This document shows, piece by piece, positions 9,385-19,252 of a stretch of 51,587 nucleotides of DNA. Origin of the DNA: Candidatus Dadabacteria bacterium. GTDB taxonomy: Bacteria > Desulfobacterota_D > UBA1144 > Nemesobacterales > CSP1-2. Position numbers and translations under genes: made by a program. Numbering within the stretch: position 1 is the first letter of the stretch; each line of letters starts with the position of its first letter. The notes under the pieces were generated by a model, which did not search any database, was not told the DNA's origin, and saw nothing but the letters and a program-made list of their open reading frames with translations. The DNA lies in NCBI GenBank assembly GCA_023250035.1, contig JAHFBK010000001.1, positions 1,928-53,514 on the forward strand. Reading direction: 5' to 3'.

Positions 9385-10899
9385 TTGTTCATTAAAAAAA
9401 CCGATTTTGATAAAAGGAGGAGTGACAACGTGGACTTTAAACTCAGTGGTGAAGACCTATTACAGGTAAAATGCAACCTTTTAGTTCTTGGAAGATTTGA
9501 AGGAGAGGTTATAAAGGGCTCAGTTAAAAAGGTTGACGAGGCATTAGGAGGAGCCCTTAACCGGACATCACTGGAGGAGAAGTTTAACGGCGAGGTTGGT
9601 AAAGGTGTGATGATAAATACACTTGGCAAAATCCGTGCTGAAAGGGTTTTACTTATTGGTTTAGGAAAAAAACAGAAATTTTCTTCTGATGTGTTAAGAA
9701 AAGTAGGAATATTTACAGCAAAGAGAGCTAAACCATTTTCTGAGAACATAGCGTTTGGTTTTGAAGTTGATGGAAAAAAAGAAAACGCCTCAGCCCTTAT
9801 CGAAGGCATAATGCTTGGAGGTTATGAATTCAACAAATATAAAACAAATGATAAAAAGTGGGAGGGCATCAAAAACGTTAAATTTGTCTCAAGCGGTATC
9901 AGAGAAAGAAACTTTAAAGAAGATCTAGAATATGCAAGCATTATCTCAGAAGCCACCAATTTTGCCCGTGATTTGATAAACGAACCTCCTGTAGTTTTAA
10001 CCCCGACAAAGCTTTCAGAAATAGCAAAAGAGATTGCGCTAAAAGAAAAACTTGAATGTAAAATCTTTAGCAAGGAAGAAATGGAAAAAAAGGGCATGGG
10101 TGGGCTCCTCGCTGTATCCCGTGGAAGTGATGAGCCTCCTAAATTTATCCATCTTACGTATAAGCCAAAAGGTAGTATCAAAAAAGCAGTAGCAGTCGTA
10201 GGGAAAGGAATAACATTTGACAGTGGCGGGCTATGCATAAAACCAAGGGACAGTATGCGTACAATGAAGGGTGATATGTCAGGAGCAGCTTGTGTTCTCG
10301 GGGTTATGAAAGCTATTTCAAGGCTAAAACCTCCTCTCAAGGTTCATGGCCTTATTTCTGCAACTGAAAATATGCCCGGAGCAAGAGCCTATAAACCTGA
10401 CGATATAATTCGTGCATTAAACGGAAAGACCATAGAGGTTATAGATACCGATGCTGAGGGGAGAATCGTGCTCTCTGATGCTCTTTCTTACGCGCTGGAA
10501 CTAAAAGTAGATGAAATAGTTGACCTGGCAACACTAACTGGAGCTTGTGTTGTTGCTTTAGGGGATTATACAGCGGGCGTAATGGGAAATAATGAGCGAC
10601 TGATAAATAGGATTATCAAAGCCGCAAAACTTGCAGGAGAAAAGGTATGGCAACTACCCATGGACGATGAGCTAAGAAAAGAGATAGAAAGCGACGTAGC
10701 AGATGTAAAAAACGTTGGTAGCCGCTTCGGGGGGGCTATTACAGCTGCAATGTTTCTTGAGAAATTTGTAGGAGATACCCCTTGGGTACATCTCGATATC
10801 GCTGGTCCAGCGTTCATTGAGAAGGGCGGTGAATGGTATCCAAAGGGCGCTACAGGCTTTGGAGTTAGAACAATGATTAGATACCTTCTTGAAAGATAA
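9385..10899 (+). CDS. pepA: Leucyl aminopeptidase (peptidase M17)
   Basis: Motifs seen are VGKGITFDSGG, the NTDAEGR-type motif (DTDAEGRIVLSD), and LATLTGA. The likely true start is GTG 9430, in frame and 9 nt after AAGGAGG, rather than 9385. Confidence 0.93.
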   Translation: MFIKKTDFDKRRSDNVDFKLSGEDLLQVKCNLLVLGRFEGEVIKGSVKKVDEALGGALNRTSLEEKFNGEVGKGVMINTLGKIRAERVLLIGLGKKQKFSSDVLRKVGIFTAKRAKPFSENIAFGFEVDGKKENASALIEGIMLGGYEFNKYKTNDKKWEGIKNVKFVSSGIRERNFKEDLEYASIISEATNFARDLINEPPVVLTPTKLSEIAKEIALKEKLECKIFSKEEMEKKGMGGLLAVSRGSDEPPKFIHLTYKPKGSIKKAVAVVGKGITFDSGGLCIKPRDSMRTMKGDMSGAACVLGVMKAISRLKPPLKVHGLISATENMPGARAYKPDDIIRALNGKTIEVIDTDAEGRIVLSDALSYALELKVDEIVDLATLTGACVVALGDYTAGVMGNNERLINRIIKAAKLAGEKVWQLPMDDELRKEIESDVADVKNVGSRFGGAITAAMFLEKFVGDTPWVHLDIAGPAFIEKGGEWYPKGATGFGVRTMIRYLLER

Positions 10900-10938
10900 A
10901 TAACTATTGAAATAGTGGGAAATCAGTAACCCCTACCT

Positions 10939-12600
10939 ATGGACTTATGCAAAATGCTGACAACGACTATTGATCCAATAAAACGGTACAATTTTGTTGA
11001 GATTGAACTCCACGGCGAGATCTCAGAAGAAGAGGAGAGGTTTGTTATACCCTTTTTTCCAATTAGGAGAACACTGACACTTTGGGATTTGGAAAAGATT
11101 TTTTTACATGCATCGTCTGCTCCGTCTATTAAAGGGATTCTACTAAAAATTAGAGAGCTTAATATCGGTCTTGCAAGAGGAGAGGCGATAAGAAGGGGCA
11201 TTTTAGAGCTCAGAGAAAAAGGAAAAAGGGTTTTCGTTTACCTCGAAAACCCAGGAAACATTGAGTATATGATAGGCTCAGCTGGGGATATAGTATTTAT
11301 TCCTCCTTGGTCATTGTTAAATCTTATTGGACTTAAAGCCGAGGTAACTTTTTTAAAAGATACTTTGGATAAAATAGGGATAGAGGCTCAAATCAAGGGG
11401 CTCGGTGAATATAAAAGTGCTGCTGAGACGTTTACAAGAAAGTCCATGTCAGAGCCTCATAGAAATATGATAGATTCGATTATGGATGATTTGTATATCC
11501 AGTTTGTAAAGCGCATTTCTCAAGCGAGGGGGATTGACGAAGAAAAAACTATGTGTTTGATAGATTCAGGTCCATTTACTCCAGAAGAGGCTCTCAAATT
11601 TGGGTTAATTGACGGGCTTGGTTATGAATCCGATTTTGAAAAAAAAATCAACGAAACACTTGGTTATCAGCTAAAGAAAATCCAAGCCAAGAGCTTCATC
11701 AGATTTATAAATGTCAAAGAAATTTTTCGCTTTATCAAGGAGAAAATTAAAAGAGATGCTGGGATAATTGCTCTAATCTCAGATTCTGGCATGGTAACGC
11801 TTGGTGAGAGTAAAGGAAGCGGAGGGACAAAAACATTAGGCTCTCAAACATTATTAAAGGTGCTTAGAAAAGTAGAAGGTGATAAAAACATAAAAGCTAT
11901 AGTTTTAAGAATATCTAGTCCAGGTGGGTCGGGCATTGCATCAGATATAATTTCAAACCAGTTAAAGATAATATCGGAAAAGAAGCCAGTAATTGTTTCA
12001 ATGTCTGATGTAGCGGCATCAGGCGGTTATCTAATAGCAATTGGAGCAAGAAAGATTGTTGCCGAGCCATTGACCCTTACTGGTTCAATTGGGATTATAT
12101 CAGGGAAATTTATTATAAAGGATTTCTTAACGAAAATAGGGGTGACTAAAGAAGCGGTAATGCGTGGCACTAGAGCATTGATGTTTTCTAGTTATAAAGG
12201 GTTCAGCGAGGATGAGGAAGAAAGACTTAATCAAATTATGAAATCATTTTATCAGGATTTTGTGAAGAAGGTAGCTATGGCAAGGGGAATGGATTTCAAA
12301 GCCGCAGAGGGGTTGGCGAGGGGTAGGGTATGGACAGGAAGACAGGCAAAAGACAACGGGCTGATTGATGAGTTAGGCGGGATAAAAGAATCAATACAAA
12401 TTGCTAAAAAAGAAGCAGGGATTCCTGATGATATATCTCCTTTTATTAAGTTTTTTTCAAAACCGAAAGGGATTCAATTTTATCCTCGAGATAGGAACAT
12501 AATATTTGGTGGAAAGCTTGATTATCTTATAGAAAATATAAAATCCTTAAAGAATGAGGCAATTCTTACTTTAATGCCTTTTTGGATTGATATTAACTAG
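10939..12600 (+). CDS. sppA: Signal peptide peptidase SppA, 67K (tandem S49 domain) type
   Basis: 553 aa with two ClpP/crotonase-like S49 halves. The catalytic Ser context is in the second half (SDVAASGGYLIA). I saw no obvious N-terminal TM helix. Confidence 0.85.
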   Translation: MDLCKMLTTTIDPIKRYNFVEIELHGEISEEEERFVIPFFPIRRTLTLWDLEKIFLHASSAPSIKGILLKIRELNIGLARGEAIRRGILELREKGKRVFVYLENPGNIEYMIGSAGDIVFIPPWSLLNLIGLKAEVTFLKDTLDKIGIEAQIKGLGEYKSAAETFTRKSMSEPHRNMIDSIMDDLYIQFVKRISQARGIDEEKTMCLIDSGPFTPEEALKFGLIDGLGYESDFEKKINETLGYQLKKIQAKSFIRFINVKEIFRFIKEKIKRDAGIIALISDSGMVTLGESKGSGGTKTLGSQTLLKVLRKVEGDKNIKAIVLRISSPGGSGIASDIISNQLKIISEKKPVIVSMSDVAASGGYLIAIGARKIVAEPLTLTGSIGIISGKFIIKDFLTKIGVTKEAVMRGTRALMFSSYKGFSEDEEERLNQIMKSFYQDFVKKVAMARGMDFKAAEGLARGRVWTGRQAKDNGLIDELGGIKESIQIAKKEAGIPDDISPFIKFFSKPKGIQFYPRDRNIIFGGKLDYLIENIKSLKNEAILTLMPFWIDIN

Positions 12601-12674
12601 TGTATTCAATATAATCCCACATTACATCAAAAACATGTTTGGTATATTGTATAAGGTTTTGCTAGGTAAAATAA

Positions 12675-13598
12675 CTAGGGAACGAAGTCAAGCCAATTTA
12701 TGAATTTTTCATCCTTCCCTCTTATTACATCGAAGAATCTTTCTTGAAGCCTTCTTGTCACAGGTCCAGGTACTCCGTCACCAACTGTTCTTCCATCTAC
12801 CTCCCGAATAGGAGTGATTTCTGCTGCTGTCCCTGTGAGAAAGGCTTCATCGGCGATGTAGAGTTCATCTCTGGTAAAACGTTCCGTTACTACTTGATGA
12901 AGCCCCTCATCAAATGCAATCTCTATTGTGCTGTTTCTTGTAATACCTTCTAGGATTGATGTAAGAGGTGGGGTTTTCAATGTTCCATTCCTAACTATAA
13001 AAATGTTTTCTCCGCTTCCTTCAGAAACATATCCTTCAGTGTCAAGCATAAGTGCTTCATCAAATCCAAGAGAGGTAACCTCAAGCTTTGCCATTACAGA
13101 GTTTACATAGTTACCCGATATTTTTGCTTTAGTCATAAAAGTATTTACATGCATCCTCGTATAAGAAGCAATTTTTGCCCTTATTCCTTTTGTCACGGCT
13201 TCATCACCGAGATATGCACCCCATGGATATGCGGCGATTGCTACTCGAATAGGATTATTCCTTGGATGAACACCCATTGCACCATCCCCTATAAAGGCGA
13301 TAGGTCTGATATATGCCTCCTTAAACCTGTTTACGACAAGAAGATCAAAGATAGCCTTTCGCATTTCCTCTTTTGAGAAGGGTATCTCTATTTGGGCGAT
13401 TCTGGCTGATGAATATAGCCTATTAATATGATCAGTCAGCCTAAATACCGCAGCACGGCCGTCTTGGCATTCGTAGGCTCTGATACCTTCAAACACTCCT
13501 AATCCATAGTGTAGAGTATGTGTAAGAACATGGACCTTAGCTTCATTCCACGGTACTAGCTTTCCATCAAACCAGATCTTATATGGCTTAGAAGACAT
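12675..13598 (-). CDS. ilvE: Branched-chain amino acid aminotransferase (fold type IV PLP enzyme)
   Basis: 307 aa with motifs [21 protein letters not shown] and LEGITR. Confidence 0.93.
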   Translation of the reverse strand: MSSKPYKIWFDGKLVPWNEAKVHVLTHTLHYGLGVFEGIRAYECQDGRAAVFRLTDHINRLYSSARIAQIEIPFSKEEMRKAIFDLLVVNRFKEAYIRPIAFIGDGAMGVHPRNNPIRVAIAAYPWGAYLGDEAVTKGIRAKIASYTRMHVNTFMTKAKISGNYVNSVMAKLEVTSLGFDEALMLDTEGYVSEGSGENIFIVRNGTLKTPPLTSILEGITRNSTIEIAFDEGLHQVVTERFTRDELYIADEAFLTGTAAEITPIREVDGRTVGDGVPGPVTRRLQERFFDVIRGKDEKFINWLDFVP

Positions 13599-13752
13599 CT
13601 AAATCTCCTATAATACGTTAATCGCATCTCCTAATAAAGAATTATAGAATTTTCCTTATTTTACAGTAAGTTGTCAAGTATACACAGGTATTATTCCTTG
13701 ACTAAATGGTTTTTTCATCAAATAATATATTAGAAAAATTAAGGAGATAAAT

Positions 13753-14343
13753 TTGCCTGACCAAATAATTATAAAAAAGTATAGCAACAGAAGATTATAT
13801 GATACCACACATAAGAAATATGTCACATTGGATGAAATAGCTAACCTTATTAAAGATGGGGGTGAGATTAAGGTCCTAGATTCTCAGACAGACGAGGATA
13901 TTACTAAAATCGTACTAATGCAGGTTGTTTTAGAGAGTGAAAAGAACAAAGAAGATATGCTACCTACATCCTTCCTACACATGCTTATCAAATATGGTAA
14001 TAGAATGGCTCGAGATTTTTTTGAAAATTATTTCACAATAATGTTCCAGCCTTACCTTTCTCTTCAGGAGGGAATGAAGAAGAATCTACAGTTGTGGCAG
14101 GAAACAGGGTGGATCCCCCCTGGCATTCGGCCTATAATAGGAAACTCTTTTGAAACACCCGCAGGACATTCTGAAAAGCAAAATAATATAGAGAAAGATG
14201 GAGGGTCCAAGGAATCTTCTCAAACTACTTCATCTGCAGAGTTAGAGCTGCTTATGGAAAAGGTCAAAGAGCTTGAAGAGAAGGTTAAATCCATGGATAA
14301 ACCTAAAAGGGGCCAAAAGGCGAAGGAAAAGGAGGCTGATTAG
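13753..14343 (+). CDS. phaR: PhaR-like polyhydroxyalkanoate synthesis regulator
   Basis: The N-terminal PHB/PHA accumulation regulator DNA-binding signature is IKKYSNRRLYDT..KYVTLDEIA.LI. The C-terminal tail is charged. TTG start with AAGGAG 7 nt upstream. Confidence 0.75.
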   Translation: MPDQIIIKKYSNRRLYDTTHKKYVTLDEIANLIKDGGEIKVLDSQTDEDITKIVLMQVVLESEKNKEDMLPTSFLHMLIKYGNRMARDFFENYFTIMFQPYLSLQEGMKKNLQLWQETGWIPPGIRPIIGNSFETPAGHSEKQNNIEKDGGSKESSQTTSSAELELLMEKVKELEEKVKSMDKPKRGQKAKEKEAD

Positions 14344-14484
14344 ACATATCAAAACTAAATAAATTTAAAACAGCGTAGAGCGCTATTTTTATAAATCTCC
14401 TAAATTTACAACTTCTTTGTATCTCTGTCTGCTTTTATATAATCTTTAGTCAGAAAAAACATTTGATTCTTAATCCCTAAAAAA

Positions 14485-15171
14485 CTACTTGCGTATAATT
14501 GTATCCGCCAACACTGTATCATGTACTTGAAGCGTTCCAGTCACATCAACTCCTTGTCCATTGAATAAATCCTCACAACCTATAGAGTTGTTGTTATTAT
14601 CTACTATATTAGTAGTAGTCGGTTCAATTTGAACTGTAATGTCTGTATTACCTTTTGTCACTACTATAGTGCCTTGGCTATCATCCGCACCCCCTGAACA
14701 AGTATTTGGAGAATCTGTACTAATGTTAATATTACCATCAAACTTTAGATTTATATTATCCGCATCGTCAAGAATAACGTTCCCATTATCTAGGCTAACA
14801 TCTCCTAAATCAACATTTGTTTTTGGAAAAACCGTAACATTGGTAAAAGCTATAACGTCTTCATTACTATCCTGAAACTCAAGTCTAAGTGTTAAACAGC
14901 CATTAAAATCTCCTGTGATAAAAAAATTTCCACTATTATCTGTTGGATCTGATTGAAAAACAGTTCCATTATTATTATTTATTAGCACTGCCGTTATTCC
15001 ACTATTTGGAGTGCTGATAATCGTTCCCTGAACAATTGATACTAAATTACCTCCGTCACCATTTCCTCCACCACCACCGAAATTCAGGTCACATCCCCCC
15101 GATGAAAGTAAGGAAATAGTTATTATGCAGATGATAAAAATTGATATGGCTATAATATTTTTAATTCTCAT
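14485..15171 (-). CDS. Putative lipoprotein with a carboxypeptidase-regulatory-like beta-sandwich and a DUF5666-like C-terminal domain
   Basis: Signal peptide with a lipobox-like LSSGGC, then a Gly/Asn linker. The pattern VQGTIIS..TAVLIN..G..FQSDPTDNSGNFFITG is typical of CarboxypepD_reg domains. Domain calls were made by eye only. Confidence 0.55.
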   Translation of the reverse strand: MRIKNIIAISIFIICIITISLLSSGGCDLNFGGGGGNGDGGNLVSIVQGTIISTPNSGITAVLINNNNGTVFQSDPTDNSGNFFITGDFNGCLTLRLEFQDSNEDVIAFTNVTVFPKTNVDLGDVSLDNGNVILDDADNINLKFDGNINISTDSPNTCSGGADDSQGTIVVTKGNTDITVQIEPTTTNIVDNNNNSIGCEDLFNGQGVDVTGTLQVHDTVLADTIIRK

Positions 15172-15415
15172 TTTTACCTCCCGCGTTTTTGGATACCTAA
15201 GGGTTGTAACAGTATACCCCGATAAATTAAATTTTCATTAACTTTTAATCTCATGGTAAATTGCTAGTTGTGGTTAACTATAGATCATCCCATATCAATA
15301 AATACAAACTCATTCCCAGGTTTAGATTTAAGACTTGTGATTACAGAATCAAACATAGGTTTAGAAATACAAATCTGCAATTCTTTTTTAATAATTTCCA
15401 TTATGAGGACTCTTA

Positions 15416-16696
15416 ATGACAACTCCACTTAGAACACTTTTCATAAACCATTCGGTCAGGGACGGAGGGCCGGGAAGAAGCCTTTTCTATATACTTAAGT
15501 ATATTGATAAAACAAAAATCACACCTTTTGTTCTTGTTCCAAGAGAGGACGTTTTCACTGAGCTGGTTAAAAATGAAGGTTTAGGAGACATAATTATCGT
15601 CGAGAAAAGATTTCCTGAAAACATACTTAGATCTAGGTTCAACGCAAACTGGCTTAGTCAAGCACCATGGTTAGAGGGTCAACCTTTATCTCCAAAACCA
15701 TATAACACCCCGATTCACGTAATTTCAATAGTTGTTCAGAGTATATCAATATCATTGAATGTATTTGATATCCTTTTACTAATTCTTAACTCTCCTTTTC
15801 TATTAAAGAAATGGAATATAGATGTAATTTACTGTAACGGTACTCTTGCAAAGATAGTCGGGGCTTTAATAGGATCTCTAAACTTCCGTCCTGTAATTTG
15901 GCATGTGAGAAATATCCAGCAGACAAAACCACTTAGACTTACTATGAACCTTCTTTCACTGTTACCCGCTGTAAAAAGGATTATCTGTGTTTCAAACGCA
16001 ACAACAAAACAGTTTCGTTTCAAGCGAAATAAAATATCAGTTGTTTACAACGGAGTTGATATTCAGGAATTTGATCCTGACAAAACATCTGGTGTATTAC
16101 GACTTGAATATGGAATACCTGAGGGTGTGGTTATTATAGGCAGTACCGGGAGAATTGTTCCTAGAAAGGGCTATGAGAATCTAATAAACGCTGCTTTGAC
16201 TGTCCGTAAGAAATTTGGAGAGGGAGAAATCAATAAAATAAGGTTTGTAATTGTTGGGGATACTCCATATTTTTTTCAAGATAATCATCTACAGAATCTA
16301 AAAGCATTAATAAAAGAGTATAAACTAGAAGATCTTTTTATCTTCACTGGATACCAAAGAGACGTTAAGCCTTATCTCAAGGATTTTGACATCTTTGTTA
16401 TACCATCAAGCTACGAAGACCCATTTCCTAGGGTTGTCATAGAGGCAATGGCATTCTCACTTCCTGTTATAGGTTTTAGGGTGGGGGGGGTTGTTGAAGC
16501 TGTGGAACAAGGAGTAACAGGAATACTAAGTGAATCCGGTAACACTCACCAAATGGGTGAATCTATTCTTAAACTCATACTCGATAAATCGCTTAGACAC
16601 TCAATGGGAGTTGCTGGCAGGGAGAGGGTCAAAAAACTTTACTCCGCGAAAACAAGGACAAACGATATTGAAAATATAATAATGGAGTTAAAATAG
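15416..16696 (+). CDS. Glycosyltransferase, GT4 family (GT-B fold)
   Basis: 426 aa. The C-terminal Glycos_transf_1 signature is PSSYEDPFPRVVIEAMAFSLPVIG....GG..E.V..G.TG. Confidence 0.88.
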   Translation: MTTPLRTLFINHSVRDGGPGRSLFYILKYIDKTKITPFVLVPREDVFTELVKNEGLGDIIIVEKRFPENILRSRFNANWLSQAPWLEGQPLSPKPYNTPIHVISIVVQSISISLNVFDILLLILNSPFLLKKWNIDVIYCNGTLAKIVGALIGSLNFRPVIWHVRNIQQTKPLRLTMNLLSLLPAVKRIICVSNATTKQFRFKRNKISVVYNGVDIQEFDPDKTSGVLRLEYGIPEGVVIIGSTGRIVPRKGYENLINAALTVRKKFGEGEINKIRFVIVGDTPYFFQDNHLQNLKALIKEYKLEDLFIFTGYQRDVKPYLKDFDIFVIPSSYEDPFPRVVIEAMAFSLPVIGFRVGGVVEAVEQGVTGILSESGNTHQMGESILKLILDKSLRHSMGVAGRERVKKLYSAKTRTNDIENIIMELK

Positions 16697-16715
16697 AACT
16701 AATTAATAAAGATTC

Positions 16716-18056
16716 TTAGCTCTTTCTCCTACCTCTAAAAATAACTTTTATAGAAGTTCCTTGTAATTCGAATTCTTCTCTAAGTCTATTTTCCAAGTAC
16801 CTCTTATAACTATCTTGTACACCCTTTAGAGAGTTTGTAAATATTACAAAAGTAGGGGGCTTTGTTAGTGGTTGAGAGATGTAATAAAATTTGATCTCAC
16901 TCCCTTTGTAAAGGGGAGGGGGATTCGTTCTAAGTATATTCTCAAGTAGTTTATTAAGTGGTTTCGTTGAAATTCTACATGAGAAATTCTTGTAAACTAA
17001 GTCAATGTAATCAAAAACCCTAACAACTCGTTTTCCAGTAAGAGCAGAAATCAAAATTACTGAGGCGAATTCTAATGCTTTTAGTTTAGTTCTAATTATA
17101 TCCTGAATGTCTTTTCTTTGTGCGATTTCTTTTGGAACCAGATCCCATTTATTTAGAAGGATAACACACCCTTTATTTCTTTCATTTATAAGCTCAGCAA
17201 GGCGTGCGTCTTGATGAGTGGGACCTTCGCTTGCATCCAACATGAGTAGAATTATGTCTGCCCTTTCGATTGTTTTTATAGCTCTTAAGGTGCTATATCT
17301 TTCCACCGGCAAAGTTATTTTTGACCTTTTTCTTATGCCAGCAGTGTCAATAAAAATATACTTTTTGCCATCTCTTTCTATTAAAGTATCTATTGAATCC
17401 CTAGTTGTGCCGGGTATAGGGCTAGTAAGCATCCTTTCTTCACCTAGTATTCTATTTACAAAAGTTGACTTCCCAACATTAGGTTTTCCTATTACCGCGA
17501 CTTTTATGTCGATTTCATCTTCCCTTTCAACTTTATACTCGGCTTCTGGTAACTTTTCAACTATCACGTCTAAAAGCTCATTTATTCTCCTTCCGTGTAA
17601 AGAAGATATAGGGATAAAGGTTTCTATTCCCAAGGCATGCATTTCCATTGTATTGGTTTCTTGTTTTTCATGATCAACTTTATTTACAACATACAGTACG
17701 GGTTTTCTTGTCTTTCTTAGCAGCTTTGAGATTTCGATATCTTGGGGCATCAATCCTGTTTTTACATCAAGTAGAAAAAGAATTAAATCCGCTTCTTCTA
17801 CCGCTTTCTGAACTTGATTTCTTATTAATGATAGATACAGATCTTCCGAAACGGGCTCAAACCCACCCGTATCAACTATTCTAAATTTGACACCTGACCA
17901 CTCAGTAGATGCATAAATTCTATCTCTTGTCACACCTGGGGTTTCTTCTACAATTGCTTTTTGCCATCCGATTATTCTATTGAAGAGTGTTGACTTTCCT
18001 ACGTTAGGTCTTCCAACAATTGCCACTAGTGGTATTTTATTAGTTTCGGTAGGCAT
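16716..18056 (-). CDS. der: Ribosome-associated GTPase Der (EngA), tandem G domains + KH-like domain
   Basis: Two P-loops (GRPNVGKST and GKPNVGKST), DTGG/DTAG, and NKVD/NKWD. Confidence 0.95.
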   Translation of the reverse strand: MPTETNKIPLVAIVGRPNVGKSTLFNRIIGWQKAIVEETPGVTRDRIYASTEWSGVKFRIVDTGGFEPVSEDLYLSLIRNQVQKAVEEADLILFLLDVKTGLMPQDIEISKLLRKTRKPVLYVVNKVDHEKQETNTMEMHALGIETFIPISSLHGRRINELLDVIVEKLPEAEYKVEREDEIDIKVAVIGKPNVGKSTFVNRILGEERMLTSPIPGTTRDSIDTLIERDGKKYIFIDTAGIRKRSKITLPVERYSTLRAIKTIERADIILLMLDASEGPTHQDARLAELINERNKGCVILLNKWDLVPKEIAQRKDIQDIIRTKLKALEFASVILISALTGKRVVRVFDYIDLVYKNFSCRISTKPLNKLLENILRTNPPPLYKGSEIKFYYISQPLTKPPTFVIFTNSLKGVQDSYKRYLENRLREEFELQGTSIKVIFRGRRKS

Positions 18057-18281
18057 TATAATAACCTTCTTACAGTTTATTTGTATGCTAAATAAAGGTT
18101 CTGTCTTTAAATGATCTATATTTTATGAATAGATTTATGAACTATGTTTTATTTTAGCCGTAGATTATTGTGATTACTATCTCTAAGTTCTATTTAATCT
18201 GTATAAGATGGCTAATGTATTAATCCATGATAATAAGGACGCCAAAATAACATTACTTCCCTATTTTAAAGTAAAACAAAG

Positions 18282-18710
18282 ATGAAAGCGCACCTAATTG
18301 ATTATGTTGATTTTCTTAATAAAGAAGAGAAAAGAAAACTAAGAAGCCATATTAAACTAATTCTTAATTGCCTAAATCTTCTTAATTGTAAAGAACTATG
18401 CATAACTTTTGTTGACGACAAAGAAATGAGAAAAATTAATTCGACCTACCGGGGAATAAAGAGAACGACAGATGTACTATCTTTTCCACAGGATGGTCCA
18501 GATACACAATCACTTGGTGACATAATCATCTCTGTTGATACGGCAAAAAGACACGCACGATTTTATAAAATAAGCTTACAAAGAGAGATAATAAAACTTA
18601 TCATTCATGGAATCCTTCATATTCTAGGTTATGGTCATAAGAAAAAGGATGATGCTAGTAAAATGAAAAAAAAAGAAAAGGAACTATTACAACTAGTAAA
18701 CTTTAGCTGA
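18282..18710 (+). CDS. ybeY: Endoribonuclease YbeY (rRNA maturation)
   Basis: Zn motif HGILHILGYGH; 142 aa. Confidence 0.9.
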   Translation: MKAHLIDYVDFLNKEEKRKLRSHIKLILNCLNLLNCKELCITFVDDKEMRKINSTYRGIKRTTDVLSFPQDGPDTQSLGDIIISVDTAKRHARFYKISLQREIIKLIIHGILHILGYGHKKKDDASKMKKKEKELLQLVNFS

Positions 18711-19250
18711 CTGTTCAAGTGATTTTTCTATTTCTACAAGCTCTTTAAGAGTTGGAAGATCCGCGAGACTTTTAAGACCGAATGTCTCAAGAAACCCTCC
18801 TGTAGTCACATAAAGGAATGGTCTTCCAATTACTTCTTTTCTACCCTTTATTTCTATAAGGCGTTTTTCAAGTAGTAAACCTATAACTCCAGAAGAATCT
18901 ACTCCTCTTATCTCATCTATTTCAACCCTTGTAATTGGCTGTTTATAGGCGGTTATTGCAAGAACCTCTAATGCAGCGCGACTTAGACGAAATGGTTTTG
19001 ATTGCTTAAATCGTATTATGATATCACTATACTCAGAATTTGTTCTAAATTGGTAACCATCTGCAACCTCGTGCAATTTGAACCCACGATTAATAGCATT
19101 CCATTCGTTTACTAATTCATCGAGGTATTTCTGTATTTCATCCCTTTTTAAATCTTGAAAAACCTGAAGAAGCCTCTTGGAAGATACAGGTCGTTCTGAG
19201 ATGAAGATTATAGATTCGATTGCCTTTTTTATATTGTTTTTTTCCATCAC
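18693..19250 (-). CDS. scpB: Segregation and condensation protein B
   Basis: 185 aa with tandem winged-helix pattern (IESIIFIS..PVS, ITRVEIDEIRGV), immediately downstream of scpA. Confidence 0.9.
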   Translation of the reverse strand: MMEKNNIKKAIESIIFISERPVSSKRLLQVFQDLKRDEIQKYLDELVNEWNAINRGFKLHEVADGYQFRTNSEYSDIIIRFKQSKPFRLSRAALEVLAITAYKQPITRVEIDEIRGVDSSGVIGLLLEKRLIEIKGRKEVIGRPFLYVTTGGFLETFGLKSLADLPTLKELVEIEKSLEQSAKVY

Positions 19251-19252
19251 TG

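Noticed and set aside
9381-10340. Long antisense ORFs opposite pepA (142 and 172 aa). Similar shadow ORFs lie opposite der (17218..17673), ftsH (38632..39033), cysK (39717..40184) and ahcY (23009..23359).
   Set aside because: They are Ser/Pro/Leu/Phe-rich shadow frames lying entirely inside strongly supported genes, with no motifs and no RBS.
15285-15401. A 38-aa minus-strand ORF (MEIIKKELQICISKPMFDSVITSLKSKPGNEFVFIDMG) in the lipoprotein/GT4 spacer.
   Set aside because: It has no SD, and its start is only 14 nt from the divergent GT4 ATG, leaving no promoter space. It is probably a chance ORF or a tiny remnant.
18693-18710. The 18-nt convergent overlap of the ybeY and scpB 3' ends as a regulatory antisense arrangement.
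   Set aside because: Short convergent overlaps are common in compact genomes, and there is no additional structure or conservation evidence.
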